From NCBI GenBank assembly GCA_965262815.1, contig OZ253560.1, positions 1,397,514 through 1,461,513 on the forward strand: DNA of 64,000 nucleotides, written 5' to 3'. Below are positions 9,427 through 19,301 of the stretch, piece after piece; the stretch's first letter is position 1, and each line of letters opens with the position of its first letter. Made by a program: the position numbers and the translations under genes. A model generated the notes under the pieces. The model was not told the DNA's origin. It saw only the letters and a program-made list of their open reading frames with translations, and ran no database searches. The DNA comes from a bacterium (GTDB lineage: Bacteria; JAAXHH01).

Positions 9427-10550
9427 AAATCACCGGCATCAAACTATACATCCTGGAAGATCCGGACCAGCAACAGGGGTACCTCGAACTGAAGCAGGTC
9501 CCCGGCCTTAGGCGCATTCAGTATACCCACGGCAGTAAAACGCATCCGAAGAGCGGTAATCTGCGACAGCATTTCATCCGGGTCGAGACCGACGAAGGCA
9601 TCGTAGGCATGTGCACGACCACGATGACCCCGGAGCAGGTGGAAGTCCTGGGCACGCAGGTACTCGGCAGGAACCCGCTGAACCGCGAAGAACTTTTCCA
9701 GATGCTCCACAAGGGCACGCGCTGGCTTTACCAGAAGCCCGGGTGGTTTGGTGACTTCGACAACTGTCTGTGGGACATCGCAGGCAAGAAGGCCGGTCTG
9801 CCCGTATACGACTTGATCGGGCGCGTGCGTGATCGGTTCCCCGTTTACCTGACCGGGGGAGACTCCGATATCGGGACCTACCTGCGGATGATCGAAGAGG
9901 GCAGGGAATACGGGATCAACGCCTACAAGTTCCATACCTACAAGGGAGGCCGGGCGGACATACCCATATTCCGGGAGGTCCGCAGGATCGTAGGCCCCGA
10001 TTACCTGCTTTTGAACGACCCGGTCTGTTCCTACTCGCTCCACGAAGCTATCGAGGTAGGACGGGTCATGGAAGAACTGGATTTTATCTGGCTGGAAGAA
10101 CCGATGCACGAGCAGAAAGAACACCAGTACCAGGTACTGTGCAGGGAATTGACTATTCCGGTGATGGGCAATGAAACGCTCATGCACGACATGGGGATTT
10201 CGACGCAGCGGCTGGTGTCCGGAGCGACCGACCTGCTCCGTGCCAACGCCCGCTTTGGAACCACTCAGGTGCTGAAGATGGCTCACTTCGCGGAAATGTA
10301 CGACACCAACATCGAACTGAACGCCGAAGGGGGTCTCTTTGGGCTCGTCCACGCCCATCTCGGATGCTGTATCGACAACACGAGTTTTTACGAGACAGGC
10401 GGCAACGGTTTCGTAGACACGGCCAGCACGTGGGGAATGGTTAACAAGCCGCCCATCGAGGACGGCCACATCGCACCGCCCGGCGGACCCGGATGGGGGG
10501 CGGAGTGGGACATGGACCGATTTGACGCCATGACGGTCGCTTCGTGCTAA
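9423..10550 (+). CDS. Mandelate racemase/muconate lactonizing enzyme family
   Basis: GTGA overlap with the upstream stop; DNCLWDIAGKKAGLPVYDLIG, WLEEP, PGWG. Confidence 0.9.
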   Translation: MKITGIKLYILEDPDQQQGYLELKQVPGLRRIQYTHGSKTHPKSGNLRQHFIRVETDEGIVGMCTTTMTPEQVEVLGTQVLGRNPLNREELFQMLHKGTRWLYQKPGWFGDFDNCLWDIAGKKAGLPVYDLIGRVRDRFPVYLTGGDSDIGTYLRMIEEGREYGINAYKFHTYKGGRADIPIFREVRRIVGPDYLLLNDPVCSYSLHEAIEVGRVMEELDFIWLEEPMHEQKEHQYQVLCRELTIPVMGNETLMHDMGISTQRLVSGATDLLRANARFGTTQVLKMAHFAEMYDTNIELNAEGGLFGLVHAHLGCCIDNTSFYETGGNGFVDTASTWGMVNKPPIEDGHIAPPGGPGWGAEWDMDRFDAMTVASC

Positions 10551-10572
10551 GACAGTAACGACACCTTTAGTA

Positions 10573-11046
10573 CTACACCTCCAGGTACCTGATTTCCCCG
10601 CGTATATACTTTGTAGATACCTGTAGTAGGGCGACAGTTACGGGCAGGTTGAAGCGCCGCGGCCCCGCGCTGCCCGGATTCAGATACCATACCCCGTCGT
10701 CACGCTTCTCGAGTAACGGCCTGTGGGAATGACCGTAAATCACCACGTCTATACCCGCGGCCGCGGGATCCAGGTTCAGATCCTCGATATCATGTACGAC
10801 GTAGATCGATCTTTCTCCCACCTCAACGAGTTCGGTTACCGGTAGTCGCATCGCCCAGCGCTGGTAGTCGGTATTGCCGCGAACCACCGAAACAGGCGCG
10901 ATCTCCGACAACGCCTCCAGGATTTCCTCACTACCTACGTCTCCACCGTGAATAATTCGATCCACTCCGGCTAACGCGGCTACGGCCTCCGGCCGCAACA
11001 GGCCGTGGGTATCCGAGATCACTCCTATCTTGACGATCTGGCTCAT
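10573..11046 (-). CDS. YfcE-family metallophosphoesterase
   Basis: SDTH, HGGD, RGNTD, GHSH, NPGS. Confidence 0.9.
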   Translation of the reverse strand: MSQIVKIGVISDTHGLLRPEAVAALAGVDRIIHGGDVGSEEILEALSEIAPVSVVRGNTDYQRWAMRLPVTELVEVGERSIYVVHDIEDLNLDPAAAGIDVVIYGHSHRPLLEKRDDGVWYLNPGSAGPRRFNLPVTVALLQVSTKYIRGEIRYLEV

Positions 11047-11087
11047 AGACTCCAACCGGTGACACACCGCGAGCCCGGTCGTGAATG

Positions 11088-11534
11088 CTATTCCTTCCTG
11101 GTCCCCGGCATCAGGCTATACTTGCCCGGTCCCATGAACCAGAGCGCTACGTACACGGCAAAGAGTTCCATCGCGTGGGACGCGCCGTTAAGCCCAGAAT
11201 TCGGATTGTCCGCAGGGAGGGACAGGTGATACGTCATCGCGACCAACATGGTAAGCGCCAGCAGCGTAGTCGCCGGACGGAAAAACAAGCCAAGGATGAG
11301 CAATATGGAGCCTCCAAATTCGGAGAATCCAGCCATGAAACCCCAGAATCCAGGCAGGAAACTAATACCGAACAACTCCATACGCTCGCCGATGCCAGCC
11401 CACCGCTCGGGTGACGATATCTTGCCCCAGCCGTGAAAGGCGGCCATGCTGAAGCCGATGACGATCCGGACGATGAGCAGGCCCAGGTCTTTCTTCCCGG
11501 GATGGTCCATGAGAAAACATAGTAATTTATCCAT
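11088..11534 (-). CDS. DoxX family membrane protein
   Basis: LLIVRI..HGWGK, EFGG..LILG, GPGKYSL. Confidence 0.9.
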   Translation of the reverse strand: MDKLLCFLMDHPGKKDLGLLIVRIVIGFSMAAFHGWGKISSPERWAGIGERMELFGISFLPGFWGFMAGFSEFGGSILLILGLFFRPATTLLALTMLVAMTYHLSLPADNPNSGLNGASHAMELFAVYVALWFMGPGKYSLMPGTRKE

Positions 11535-11703
11535 TTCGATTGTCCTTCCAGTTCAGGTGGTTACAGATAGGTGGCCACGTCCGGTAATTGTGCGGATGTG
11601 GACCGTCTTGGCAAACAGTCGAATATCCTGCTGTATTTGCCTCTAACTACATTCAACAATACCGATTCACCTCTTGGTGGGCGCATCGACGCCCGCCGGA
11701 TCA

Positions 11704-12702
11704 CTATGTCCAGAAAACCTCCCTGGCTTCTCCGGCCGGTCCGGCCTGAAGTATGGTGTCGGCGATGGCGATGGCCTTGATTGCCTCGGTCCCCGGCGAA
11801 AGGCACGTCACGTCTCCGCGTACGCAGGACAGAAAATGCTCTGCCTGGTAGGCGTACATATCCGGTTCAACTTTAGCTTTTAGCAGGGTCTGTTCGCCTT
11901 CCCGGTCTGTGAAACAACAGTACTGGTGGGGTTCGTCCTCCTCGGGTTGCTCCAGGTCACCGGTGCCGAACTGGATGAATCCCTTGGGACCGATGATGTC
12001 GTGCATGCCATTGCCCCGGGCCGACCAGCTCCAGGACATGAGCAACTGGTTTCCATTCTTGTAGCGGACGATGGCGGAACAGGTATCCAGGGCTGTTGCC
12101 GTGGGATCCATATTAATCGAGCTGGACAGGACGCTTTCGGGATCGCCGAACAGGAAGTTGGCGAAATCGTAGTTGTGCACGGCGCCGTCCATGAGCGGAC
12201 CGCCGCCCAGGTCGTGGTCCATGTACCAGCTTCCGGGACCGAAACTCGCCATGGCGTTGCGCCAGAGAATGGGGGACCCCAGTCTTCCGGAGGCGACGTA
12301 TGCGCCCCAGGACTTCCAGTACGGATCGAAGCGGCGGCAGTGAGCGACCATCAGTACCGTGTCCTTCCGCTCCGCTTCCTCGATCAACCGCTGGCATTCC
12401 TCCACCGTTCGGGCCATGGGCTTCTCCACCAATACGGGTATGCCCGCAGCGAGGGCGGTCGTGGCCGCTGCGCAGTGGAGGCCGGTGGGCACTGCGACCA
12501 CGACGGCGTCGACCTCGCCGCTGTTGACAATGGCATCGGGGGAATCGTACAACCTTGTACCCGGAAAGTTCTGGGCGAATCTATCCCGCATTTCGGGAGA
12601 CGGATCGGCGCCCGCCACCAGTTCGCAACCGTCAACGCTGTCGAAAGTCCTGGCCTGGTGCGAGCCCATGCCGCCGAGCCCTATGGAACCCACTCGTATC
12701 AT
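11704..12702 (-). CDS. Gfo/Idh/MocA oxidoreductase
   Basis: GLGGMG, VEKPMA, GGGPLMDGAVH. Confidence 0.92.
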   Translation of the reverse strand: MIRVGSIGLGGMGSHQARTFDSVDGCELVAGADPSPEMRDRFAQNFPGTRLYDSPDAIVNSGEVDAVVVAVPTGLHCAAATTALAAGIPVLVEKPMARTVEECQRLIEEAERKDTVLMVAHCRRFDPYWKSWGAYVASGRLGSPILWRNAMASFGPGSWYMDHDLGGGPLMDGAVHNYDFANFLFGDPESVLSSSINMDPTATALDTCSAIVRYKNGNQLLMSWSWSARGNGMHDIIGPKGFIQFGTGDLEQPEEDEPHQYCCFTDREGEQTLLKAKVEPDMYAYQAEHFLSCVRGDVTCLSPGTEAIKAIAIADTILQAGPAGEAREVFWT

Positions 12703-12785
12703 GATCTATCCTTTCGTGGAGCGATTTGGTTGTCCAAACCAGTAGATGTTTTAAGTTAATCGTTGTCAAGTACTTATGCCGCCGT

Positions 12786-13160
12786 TCACCACCTTGGAGT
12801 TTCAGCCTTCGGGTCTGGTCCGAACCGGTTATCGCCTTCGTTTCCTTTCAGTATCAAGAACACCAGGAGTACGATGGCGCCGACTAACGGTATCAGTCCG
12901 ATGAGAATCCACCAGCCGCTGCGGTCTGTATCGTGCAGGCGGCGAACCGTTACGGCGATACTGGGAACGATGACAGCGACACCGTAGAGCGTGCCGAGAA
13001 ACCCCGCATCCTCCCCGAGTTTCCATCCCATCTGATTGTCTATCACGCTGAAAAATACAACCACGACGGAGGAGATTAGAGTAAAAAACCAGTACTCCTT
13101 CCTTCTCGCCCTGCCGCTGAAAACCGCGTAGTTTTTTAAAACATAAAGATACCAGTGCAT
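12786..13160 (-). CDS. DUF805 (YhaH-like) membrane protein
   Basis: FSGRARRKEYW, VRRLHDTDRSGWW, NRFGPDP. Confidence 0.92.
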   Translation of the reverse strand: MHWYLYVLKNYAVFSGRARRKEYWFFTLISSVVVVFFSVIDNQMGWKLGEDAGFLGTLYGVAVIVPSIAVTVRRLHDTDRSGWWILIGLIPLVGAIVLLVFLILKGNEGDNRFGPDPKAETPRW

Positions 13161-13209
13161 GGCTCCTCCTTACCTGATCATGTTCGGTCTTCAAGGCCGG
13201 AATGTCGGC

Positions 13210-14340
13210 TCACTGCCACAACGGTTCACCATTTTCCATCTGGCCTGCAAGAAACTCCTCGTTCAATTCCACGCCCAGTCCCGGCGCTTCAGTCAGCATA
13301 ACGTGTCCGTCCTGGATCACCGATTCGTCCGTGGCGAGCACTTTGTCCCAGGTCGGGTCGTCGAATCGGTGGTATTCCAGTACAAGGAAATTCGGCACAC
13401 TCGCGCAGACGTGGGCGTCCCCGACCGTGCTCAGCGCGCTGGAGTTGTTGTGAGGCGCAAAGGGCACGTAGTACATCTCGGCCAAGTTGGCGATCTTGCG
13501 GCATTCCGACAGTCCGCCGCATTTCGAGATGTCCGGCATGATTATATCGGCGGCCTGCTGCTGCAACAGGTCCCTGAATCCATGACGAAGATAGAGGTTC
13601 TCCCCGACACAGATCGGTGTGCCGGTGGCGTGCGTGATCTTCGCCAGGGCATCGATGTTCTCCGGCGGAACCGGTTCCTCGAGCCACAGGAGGTTCAGCG
13701 GTTCCATTTCCTGGGCTATTTTCATTCCGGCGGTCGCGTCATACCTGCCATGGAGGTCTATCGCCAGGTCCAGGGAATCACCGATCCCTTCCCGGATCGC
13801 AAACGCCTGATCTACCAGGGACTTTAACTCATCGGGCGTCACCGACCAGTTCCACGGATCCAGCTTGTGGGGATTTTGCGCGTCGTCGAGGTCGAACTTG
13901 ATCGCCGTGAAACCACGTTCCTTCACCTCGGCGGCGCGCTCGTTGTAGTCGGTGTGCGCGCTGTCCACGTACAATCGGATACGGTCCCGGAACTTGCCGC
14001 CCAGCAGCCGGTAGACCGGGACGCCCTGGGCCTTTCCGGCCAGATCCCAGAGGGCGATTTCGATACCGGTGAGCGCCGAAATGGCGGCGCCGCCCGCGCC
14101 TCCCATGAAAATGTACCTTCTACGGACAAACTCGAAACAGGCATCCACGTCCCTCGGGTCCATGCCGATGAGCATCTGTGCCATGTGGCGGGTCGACTCC
14201 CGCCAGCCACCGTCGATGTGACTGGCCTCGCCCGTTCCGTATACGCCTTCGTCAGTATATACACGTACGTAATTGTAGCGGTAAGTACCTCGCCCGGACT
14301 TCACGGGCACTTCAGCCGTCTTTATATCGGTAATCTTCAT
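13210..14340 (-). CDS. Mandelate racemase/galactonate dehydratase-like enolase
   Basis: EIALWDLAGK, KFD, DLHG, WLEEP, GEN, APHN, PGLGVE. Confidence 0.92.
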   Translation of the reverse strand: MKITDIKTAEVPVKSGRGTYRYNYVRVYTDEGVYGTGEASHIDGGWRESTRHMAQMLIGMDPRDVDACFEFVRRRYIFMGGAGGAAISALTGIEIALWDLAGKAQGVPVYRLLGGKFRDRIRLYVDSAHTDYNERAAEVKERGFTAIKFDLDDAQNPHKLDPWNWSVTPDELKSLVDQAFAIREGIGDSLDLAIDLHGRYDATAGMKIAQEMEPLNLLWLEEPVPPENIDALAKITHATGTPICVGENLYLRHGFRDLLQQQAADIIMPDISKCGGLSECRKIANLAEMYYVPFAPHNNSSALSTVGDAHVCASVPNFLVLEYHRFDDPTWDKVLATDESVIQDGHVMLTEAPGLGVELNEEFLAGQMENGEPLWQ

Positions 14341-14441
14341 CCATTCTCCCGTCTGATCTTGAAACGATCGTGCGATCCAATCACCTATCCGACCACGCTG
14401 TAACGAGTTTATACCTCCGTGTCCTACAACCTGGTTCCTGC

Positions 14442-16562
14442 TCAGTCTCCGATACGGACTACCTTCAACCGGTTATTGCAGTGATCGCTGACGAGCAGCA
14501 CATCATCACCGTAGAAACACAGGCCATGCGGCTCGTTCAGCAGCGCCTCCCGTGCAGCTTCCGGCTGATCGCAGTCGCCGTAATCCCCGCTTCCGACCAC
14601 GGTTTCAATCAGTCCATTCTTGGCGATGCGACGCACCCGGTTGTTGCCCGTGTCTGAAAAGTACAGGCGTCCCAGGCCATCCAGGGTGAGTCCCCGGGGA
14701 GTGGCGATGGCGGCGTGCGAGGCCCGTGAACCGTCCGGGGAGTAGCCCTCTTCCCCCGTTCCGGCTACGGTGGTTATGATCCCCGTGTCGCCATCCACCC
14801 GTCGGATTACGTGGTGCCGGTCGTCTGCAAAGTAGAGATGCCCCGAACCGTCGACCTGCATGGCCGTTGGCGAACCGATCCGGGCACGGATCGCCTTACC
14901 ACCGTCGCCCGAATAACCCTGTAGACCGATACCGGCAACCGTGGTTATGATTCCGGTTTTGGCGTCGATCTTTCTAATGCGGCCGGATCCGGCGTCGCCG
15001 ATGTATACGTCGTCGTTCGGCCCATGGGTCACCGATAGGACGTGCATCAGGCACGCGCTCAGGGCCGGTCCGCCGTCCCCCTTGTCCCACTGAAAGGCTG
15101 CACCCGCGATGTTGTGGATGACGCCCTTGTCGTCTATCCGCCGTACGTGGCCGTGGCGCGTATCAGCAATCACGACCCGGCCGGCGCGGTCCACCGAGAC
15201 GTCGTGGGGATTTCCGAGGTGGGCGTCGACGGCAGGACCGCCATCGCCTCCGTAGGCACGCGCTCCGGAACCTGCGACCGTTTGAATTTCCCCGGTACCC
15301 GGATCAATCGATCGTATGCGCTGGTTCCATACGTCCGCGATGAAGATCCTTCCATCGGGACCGACGGCCAGACCGCCGGGTCCATTCAGAAAACCGGCGG
15401 TCGCGATCTCGCCGTCGTGCACGGTGGTGCCGCCGAGGACCGTGGTTACTATTCCTGTAGGACCATCGCACCGCCGAAGGCGGCCGGAGCAATCCCCCCA
15501 GAACACCGTGCCATCGGGTTCGGCGTAGATCCCCGCTTCCACTGAATTGCACCGGGTGATTTCACCAGGCAGGCCTTCCTCCCCGAAACCGGGTTCTCCG
15601 GTCCCTGCCAGCGTATAGACCAATCCCGTCTCTCGATCCACCTTGCGCACGCGGAACCCGTACTTCTCGCCAACGTAAAGATTGTCGTGGACGTCCAGAC
15701 AGATCGCGTCCGGCATGAGGGTGCTCGCCTCCGAGGCAGGGCCGCCGTCTCCGTTGGAAGCGCGCTGCCCGTTACCCAGCACCGTGTCGATGATCCCGGA
15801 TTGCATGTCGATTTTCCGGACACGGTCGTTGGAATTGTCGCACACGTATAGATCGCCCCGCGAGTCGAATGCCAGGTGTTCGGGGTGATAGAATCCCGCG
15901 TCACGAGCCGGACCGCCGTCGCCGTGGTATCCGCCCAGGCTCAGTCCCCGGCCCGAGTAGGGCCTGCTGCCACCCCGCTCGGAAGGATAGTGCCGGGCGT
16001 GATGGCCGAAGACCGTTTCTATGATGCCGGTCTCCGGATCGATTCTCCTGATGTTATTTGTCCACTCGCTGGAGAGGTATACGGTACCTTCCCGGTCCAC
16101 GGCCACGCCGCAGGTGCAGTCCAGTTCCGCGTCCAGGGCCGATCCGCCGTCGCCTCCCCTGCCTATACGTCCGTTGCCCGCGACGCGGGTGATGATGCCG
16201 GTCTCGTAGTCGATTCGGCGAATGGTGTGATTGCCCAGTTCGGAAAGATACAGGTTGCCGTGGCGGTCCTGGTACAGGTCATGGGGGTGGCGGAACCGAG
16301 CTTCGGCGGCTGGTCCACCGTCACCCGAATTACCTGCGATTCCATCTCCGGCGAAGGCTTGGAGGATGCCGTCCTGGTCGATCCGCCAGATCCGGTGCCA
16401 AAGGTAGTCGATCACGATCAGTTCGCCGTCGGGCCGGCGTACGACGCCCATGGGCCACCCGGCGTCAGCTTCCTTCGCAGGGATACCGTCTCTCTGTCCC
16501 ACACCTGCCAGGACCGAGAGTTCTCCGGCCACCAGGTTCTTTAGTTTTTGGATTATGTCCAT
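14442..16562 (-). CDS. Multi-NHL repeat beta-propeller protein
   Basis: Many repeats of the type TVAGxG..GDGGPA..P..V..D..G..Y.AD..N..IR.ID. Confidence 0.9.
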   Translation of the reverse strand: MDIIQKLKNLVAGELSVLAGVGQRDGIPAKEADAGWPMGVVRRPDGELIVIDYLWHRIWRIDQDGILQAFAGDGIAGNSGDGGPAAEARFRHPHDLYQDRHGNLYLSELGNHTIRRIDYETGIITRVAGNGRIGRGGDGGSALDAELDCTCGVAVDREGTVYLSSEWTNNIRRIDPETGIIETVFGHHARHYPSERGGSRPYSGRGLSLGGYHGDGGPARDAGFYHPEHLAFDSRGDLYVCDNSNDRVRKIDMQSGIIDTVLGNGQRASNGDGGPASEASTLMPDAICLDVHDNLYVGEKYGFRVRKVDRETGLVYTLAGTGEPGFGEEGLPGEITRCNSVEAGIYAEPDGTVFWGDCSGRLRRCDGPTGIVTTVLGGTTVHDGEIATAGFLNGPGGLAVGPDGRIFIADVWNQRIRSIDPGTGEIQTVAGSGARAYGGDGGPAVDAHLGNPHDVSVDRAGRVVIADTRHGHVRRIDDKGVIHNIAGAAFQWDKGDGGPALSACLMHVLSVTHGPNDDVYIGDAGSGRIRKIDAKTGIITTVAGIGLQGYSGDGGKAIRARIGSPTAMQVDGSGHLYFADDRHHVIRRVDGDTGIITTVAGTGEEGYSPDGSRASHAAIATPRGLTLDGLGRLYFSDTGNNRVRRIAKNGLIETVVGSGDYGDCDQPEAAREALLNEPHGLCFYGDDVLLVSDHCNNRLKVVRIGD

Positions 16563-16738
16563 GCGTCAAGGGCGAAACGCTGCGCCAATTTACCCTTCTA
16601 CGCGAAAGCCGTCAATAGCCAGCTGATCGCGGTTGCTCGTATAGTGTTTAAGGGTGTTTAGGACGACTGCTTCGGCAGGAAGCCGTCGAGTCAAGATGGT
16701 ACAGGTTCCACCCATGATTCGCAACTGTTAATTGTGAT

Positions 16739-16767
16739 TTGACAGCAGAGTTGCGAGCGATTACCAT
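16739..16767 (+). promoter_or_regulatory. Putative sigma70 promoter of the PatB-like gene
   Basis: TTGACA-17 nt-TACCAT. Confidence 0.55.
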
Positions 16768-16863
16768 ACCTCGCTATTGGTCGTGGTTTTCCCGGCCCGC
16801 CCGGCCCGCCCGGCCCGCTCGTGCCTGCCCGCATCCCGTATATCCCTGGAGAAAGCCTATACC

Positions 16864-18084
16864 ATGAACTATGATTTCGACCAGCGCATCAATCGCAACG
16901 ATACCCATTCGATGAAGTGGGATTACATCAAAAGGGATGGCCGCCTTGTCCGGTGGGACGAGACCGACGCCTCCCGGCACGATCGCCCGGTACTCCCGCT
17001 TTGGGTGGCGGACATGGATTTCCCGTGTGCTCAGCCGGTGATCGACGCAGTGACGGAACAAGCCCGACAGGGACTTTACGGGTACACGATTCCGCCGCAA
17101 TCATACTACGAATCCGCGGTAAGATGGATGAAACGCCGGCACAACTGGGTCGTCCAGCCGGAGCACATCTGCTTTACACCCGGTGTGGTTCCCGCCCTGC
17201 ACCTGTTGGTCTCGGCCTACGTGAAACCCGGCGAAAAGGTGCTGGTTCAGCCCCCCGTTTACTATCCGTTCTACTATGCCATAGAAAACACGCAGACCCT
17301 GGCGGCGCTGAATCCGCTGAAGTATGAGAACGGCGGCTACATCATGGACTTCGACGACCTGGCCACAAAGTGTGCCGATCCGGACGTTAAATTGGCTATT
17401 CTGTGCCATCCCCACAATCCGGTCGGCCGGGTCTGGTCCCGGGAGGAGCTGATGCGATTCGGCCGGATCTGCATGGACAACGATGTGCTGGTAGTCTCTG
17501 ACGAGATCCACTGCGATCTCATACTCGGCGGCCGCACGTTTACACCGTATGCCACGCTGGGATCGGAATATGAGGACCGGTCCATCATCTGTACCTCACC
17601 GAGCAAGACCTTCAACCTCGCCGGCCTGCAGGCCTCAAACATGGTCATACCCAATGAAGCCCTCCGGGAGACGTTTCAGGACACCGTCGGTAGGTCGGGA
17701 TACTTTACCCTGAACCCCTTCGGCATCGCAGCCGTCGAAGCGGCCTACGACCACGGCGAAGAGTGGCTGGATCAACTGCTTGTCTACCTGGAAGGGAATT
17801 TCCGGCTGGTCGAATCCTTCTTCAGGGAACGCCTGCCCGAGGTGTCCGTCGTTGAAACGGAAGGCACCTATCTCGTCTGGGCCGACTTCCGAAACCTGGG
17901 ACTGGACGGACAGGCCCTGGAGCACCAGATGTTAAATAAGGCGCGTGTGTACTTCGACGAAGGCTACATCTTCGGTCCTGAGGGCGAAGGTTTCGAGCGG
18001 ATCAACATCGCGTGCCCCAGGTCGATCCTCGCCGAGGCCCTGGAGCGGATCGAGGCGGCGGTGAAGGGGCTGAATTCAATATAG
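16864..18084 (+). CDS. patB: MalY/PatB cystathionine beta-lyase-like PLP enzyme
   Basis: MNYDFD, LPLWVADMDF, CHPHNPVGR, SDEIH, SPSKTFNLAGL, RINIACPR. Confidence 0.9.
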   Translation: MNYDFDQRINRNDTHSMKWDYIKRDGRLVRWDETDASRHDRPVLPLWVADMDFPCAQPVIDAVTEQARQGLYGYTIPPQSYYESAVRWMKRRHNWVVQPEHICFTPGVVPALHLLVSAYVKPGEKVLVQPPVYYPFYYAIENTQTLAALNPLKYENGGYIMDFDDLATKCADPDVKLAILCHPHNPVGRVWSREELMRFGRICMDNDVLVVSDEIHCDLILGGRTFTPYATLGSEYEDRSIICTSPSKTFNLAGLQASNMVIPNEALRETFQDTVGRSGYFTLNPFGIAAVEAAYDHGEEWLDQLLVYLEGNFRLVESFFRERLPEVSVVETEGTYLVWADFRNLGLDGQALEHQMLNKARVYFDEGYIFGPEGEGFERINIACPRSILAEALERIEAAVKGLNSI

Positions 18085-18143
18085 GATATCCTCCGATATC
18101 CGCCCAATATTCCATGTTGAAGTTCACGTGAAACAATACATAA

Positions 18144-18533
18144 GTGAAGAACGACACATTCACCTTGACTGTTCAATCAACGATAGTGTTCATGCATGGC
18201 TTCCCGCACCAATCCTTCTGTACCAAAGGCAAACTCACATGGCGGCCACGTACCCGTGAATGGCCACGGCCAGACGCAGACGGGACAATAGTGGTACGCT
18301 TTTGTGAGACGGACCGCCATATGGCGTTGCTAGTACGCGAGGACTGGTTGAAAAGGATATTGCGAGAGACAGGCCATTCTGTTGTTTTTGGATGGCTTGG
18401 TGAAAAAAAACTGCTCGAAGCCGGATTCTTCACAGGATTGGTAGGTGACTGGACCAGGATTAATGGAGTTGCGTCTCTTGTAAAGAACAAATGGGTATTC
18501 GGGAATCGAAGAGTGGAGCGTTTCTCGGTTTAA
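18144..18533 (+). pseudogene. Probable C-terminal remnant of a large STAND/NACHT ATPase (Avs2-like)
   Basis: ALLVREDWL..L......VFGWLGEK..G resembles remembered C-termini of these ATPases; AT-rich; no P-loop present. Confidence 0.4.
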
Positions 18534-18607
18534 GGACAATGGTCTGCCACAATGTAGGTTAAACAGAGGTATAGTGATTCGATCGCTCCAGAATTAAGCG
18601 ACGTTGA

Positions 18608-18829
18608 TCAACGATCAGGGACGATTTCATGATACGCCGATTCGGTCGTCGGCTTGGGTATGGGGTATCCTTCTTCTTTCATCCCATCGAGATGGAATTC
18701 TATCGCCTTCCTCATGTTTGCTTCCACTTCGGATCGTGTAGCCCCCGTTGTCACACAACCGGGAAGGTCGGGCGAAAACGCGGAAAATCCCGTTCCCGTC
18801 ATTTCGATGACAATCAGGTATCGGCTCAT
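18608..18829 (-). CDS. hicB: HicB family antitoxin
   Basis: YLIVIE..GFSAFSPDLPGCVTTGAT..EAN..AIEFHL..G..IP.P. Confidence 0.9.
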   Translation of the reverse strand: MSRYLIVIEMTGTGFSAFSPDLPGCVTTGATRSEVEANMRKAIEFHLDGMKEEGYPIPKPTTESAYHEIVPDR

Positions 18830-19026
18830 GTTCCTCTCCCCTTTGAAATCTGAGACTGCTTCAGGATACTGTTCTGCGTGCCAACGGCTATCTCGTCATT
18901 GAGTTTACCCGGTACAGTTACCAAACCTACCTTCCAAGGATGCTTGTACTGCCGATGACTACCCCGCGTCCTTACGAGATACCAGCCATCATCCTAGATA
19001 AGCCGGACGACTTCCCGTGCCTTCAT
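18826..19026 (-). pseudogene. hicA: HicA toxin with an in-frame TAG at codon 11
   Basis: Manual translation MKAREVVRLI*DDGWYLVRTRGSHRQYKHPWKVGLVTVPG..GTQNSILKQ; ATGA overlap with hicB. Confidence 0.88.
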
Positions 19027-19301
19027 CGTATGTCTTAACTCCGACTCGTCTCTTTGGATGTTTAAAAAAGCCGCCCACAGTGAAGAAGACTTCGTACCGT
19101 CCGGACCTCAATCTATTTAGGTCTTCCCGCCGGAATCATCCAAATTGGCGGTGCCTAAGCCGTTATTTGAAGCTGCCATAATCTTCTTACCAACAGCTTA
19201 AATAATGGTTCATGATTTTATAAATACACAATCTCACTCACGCTGTGAACGGGATTATCAATCCACCATCGTAAGTCATCAAATCTCGGATTCCTTTACG
19301 A

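Noticed and set aside
18994-18996. Pyrrolysine or recoded TAG in hicA
   Set aside because: TAG is an ordinary stop in many genes here and no pyl genes are seen
19140-19200. Integron attC site near hicAB
   Set aside because: No paired RYYYAAC/GTTRRRY boxes with a proper stem, and no integrase
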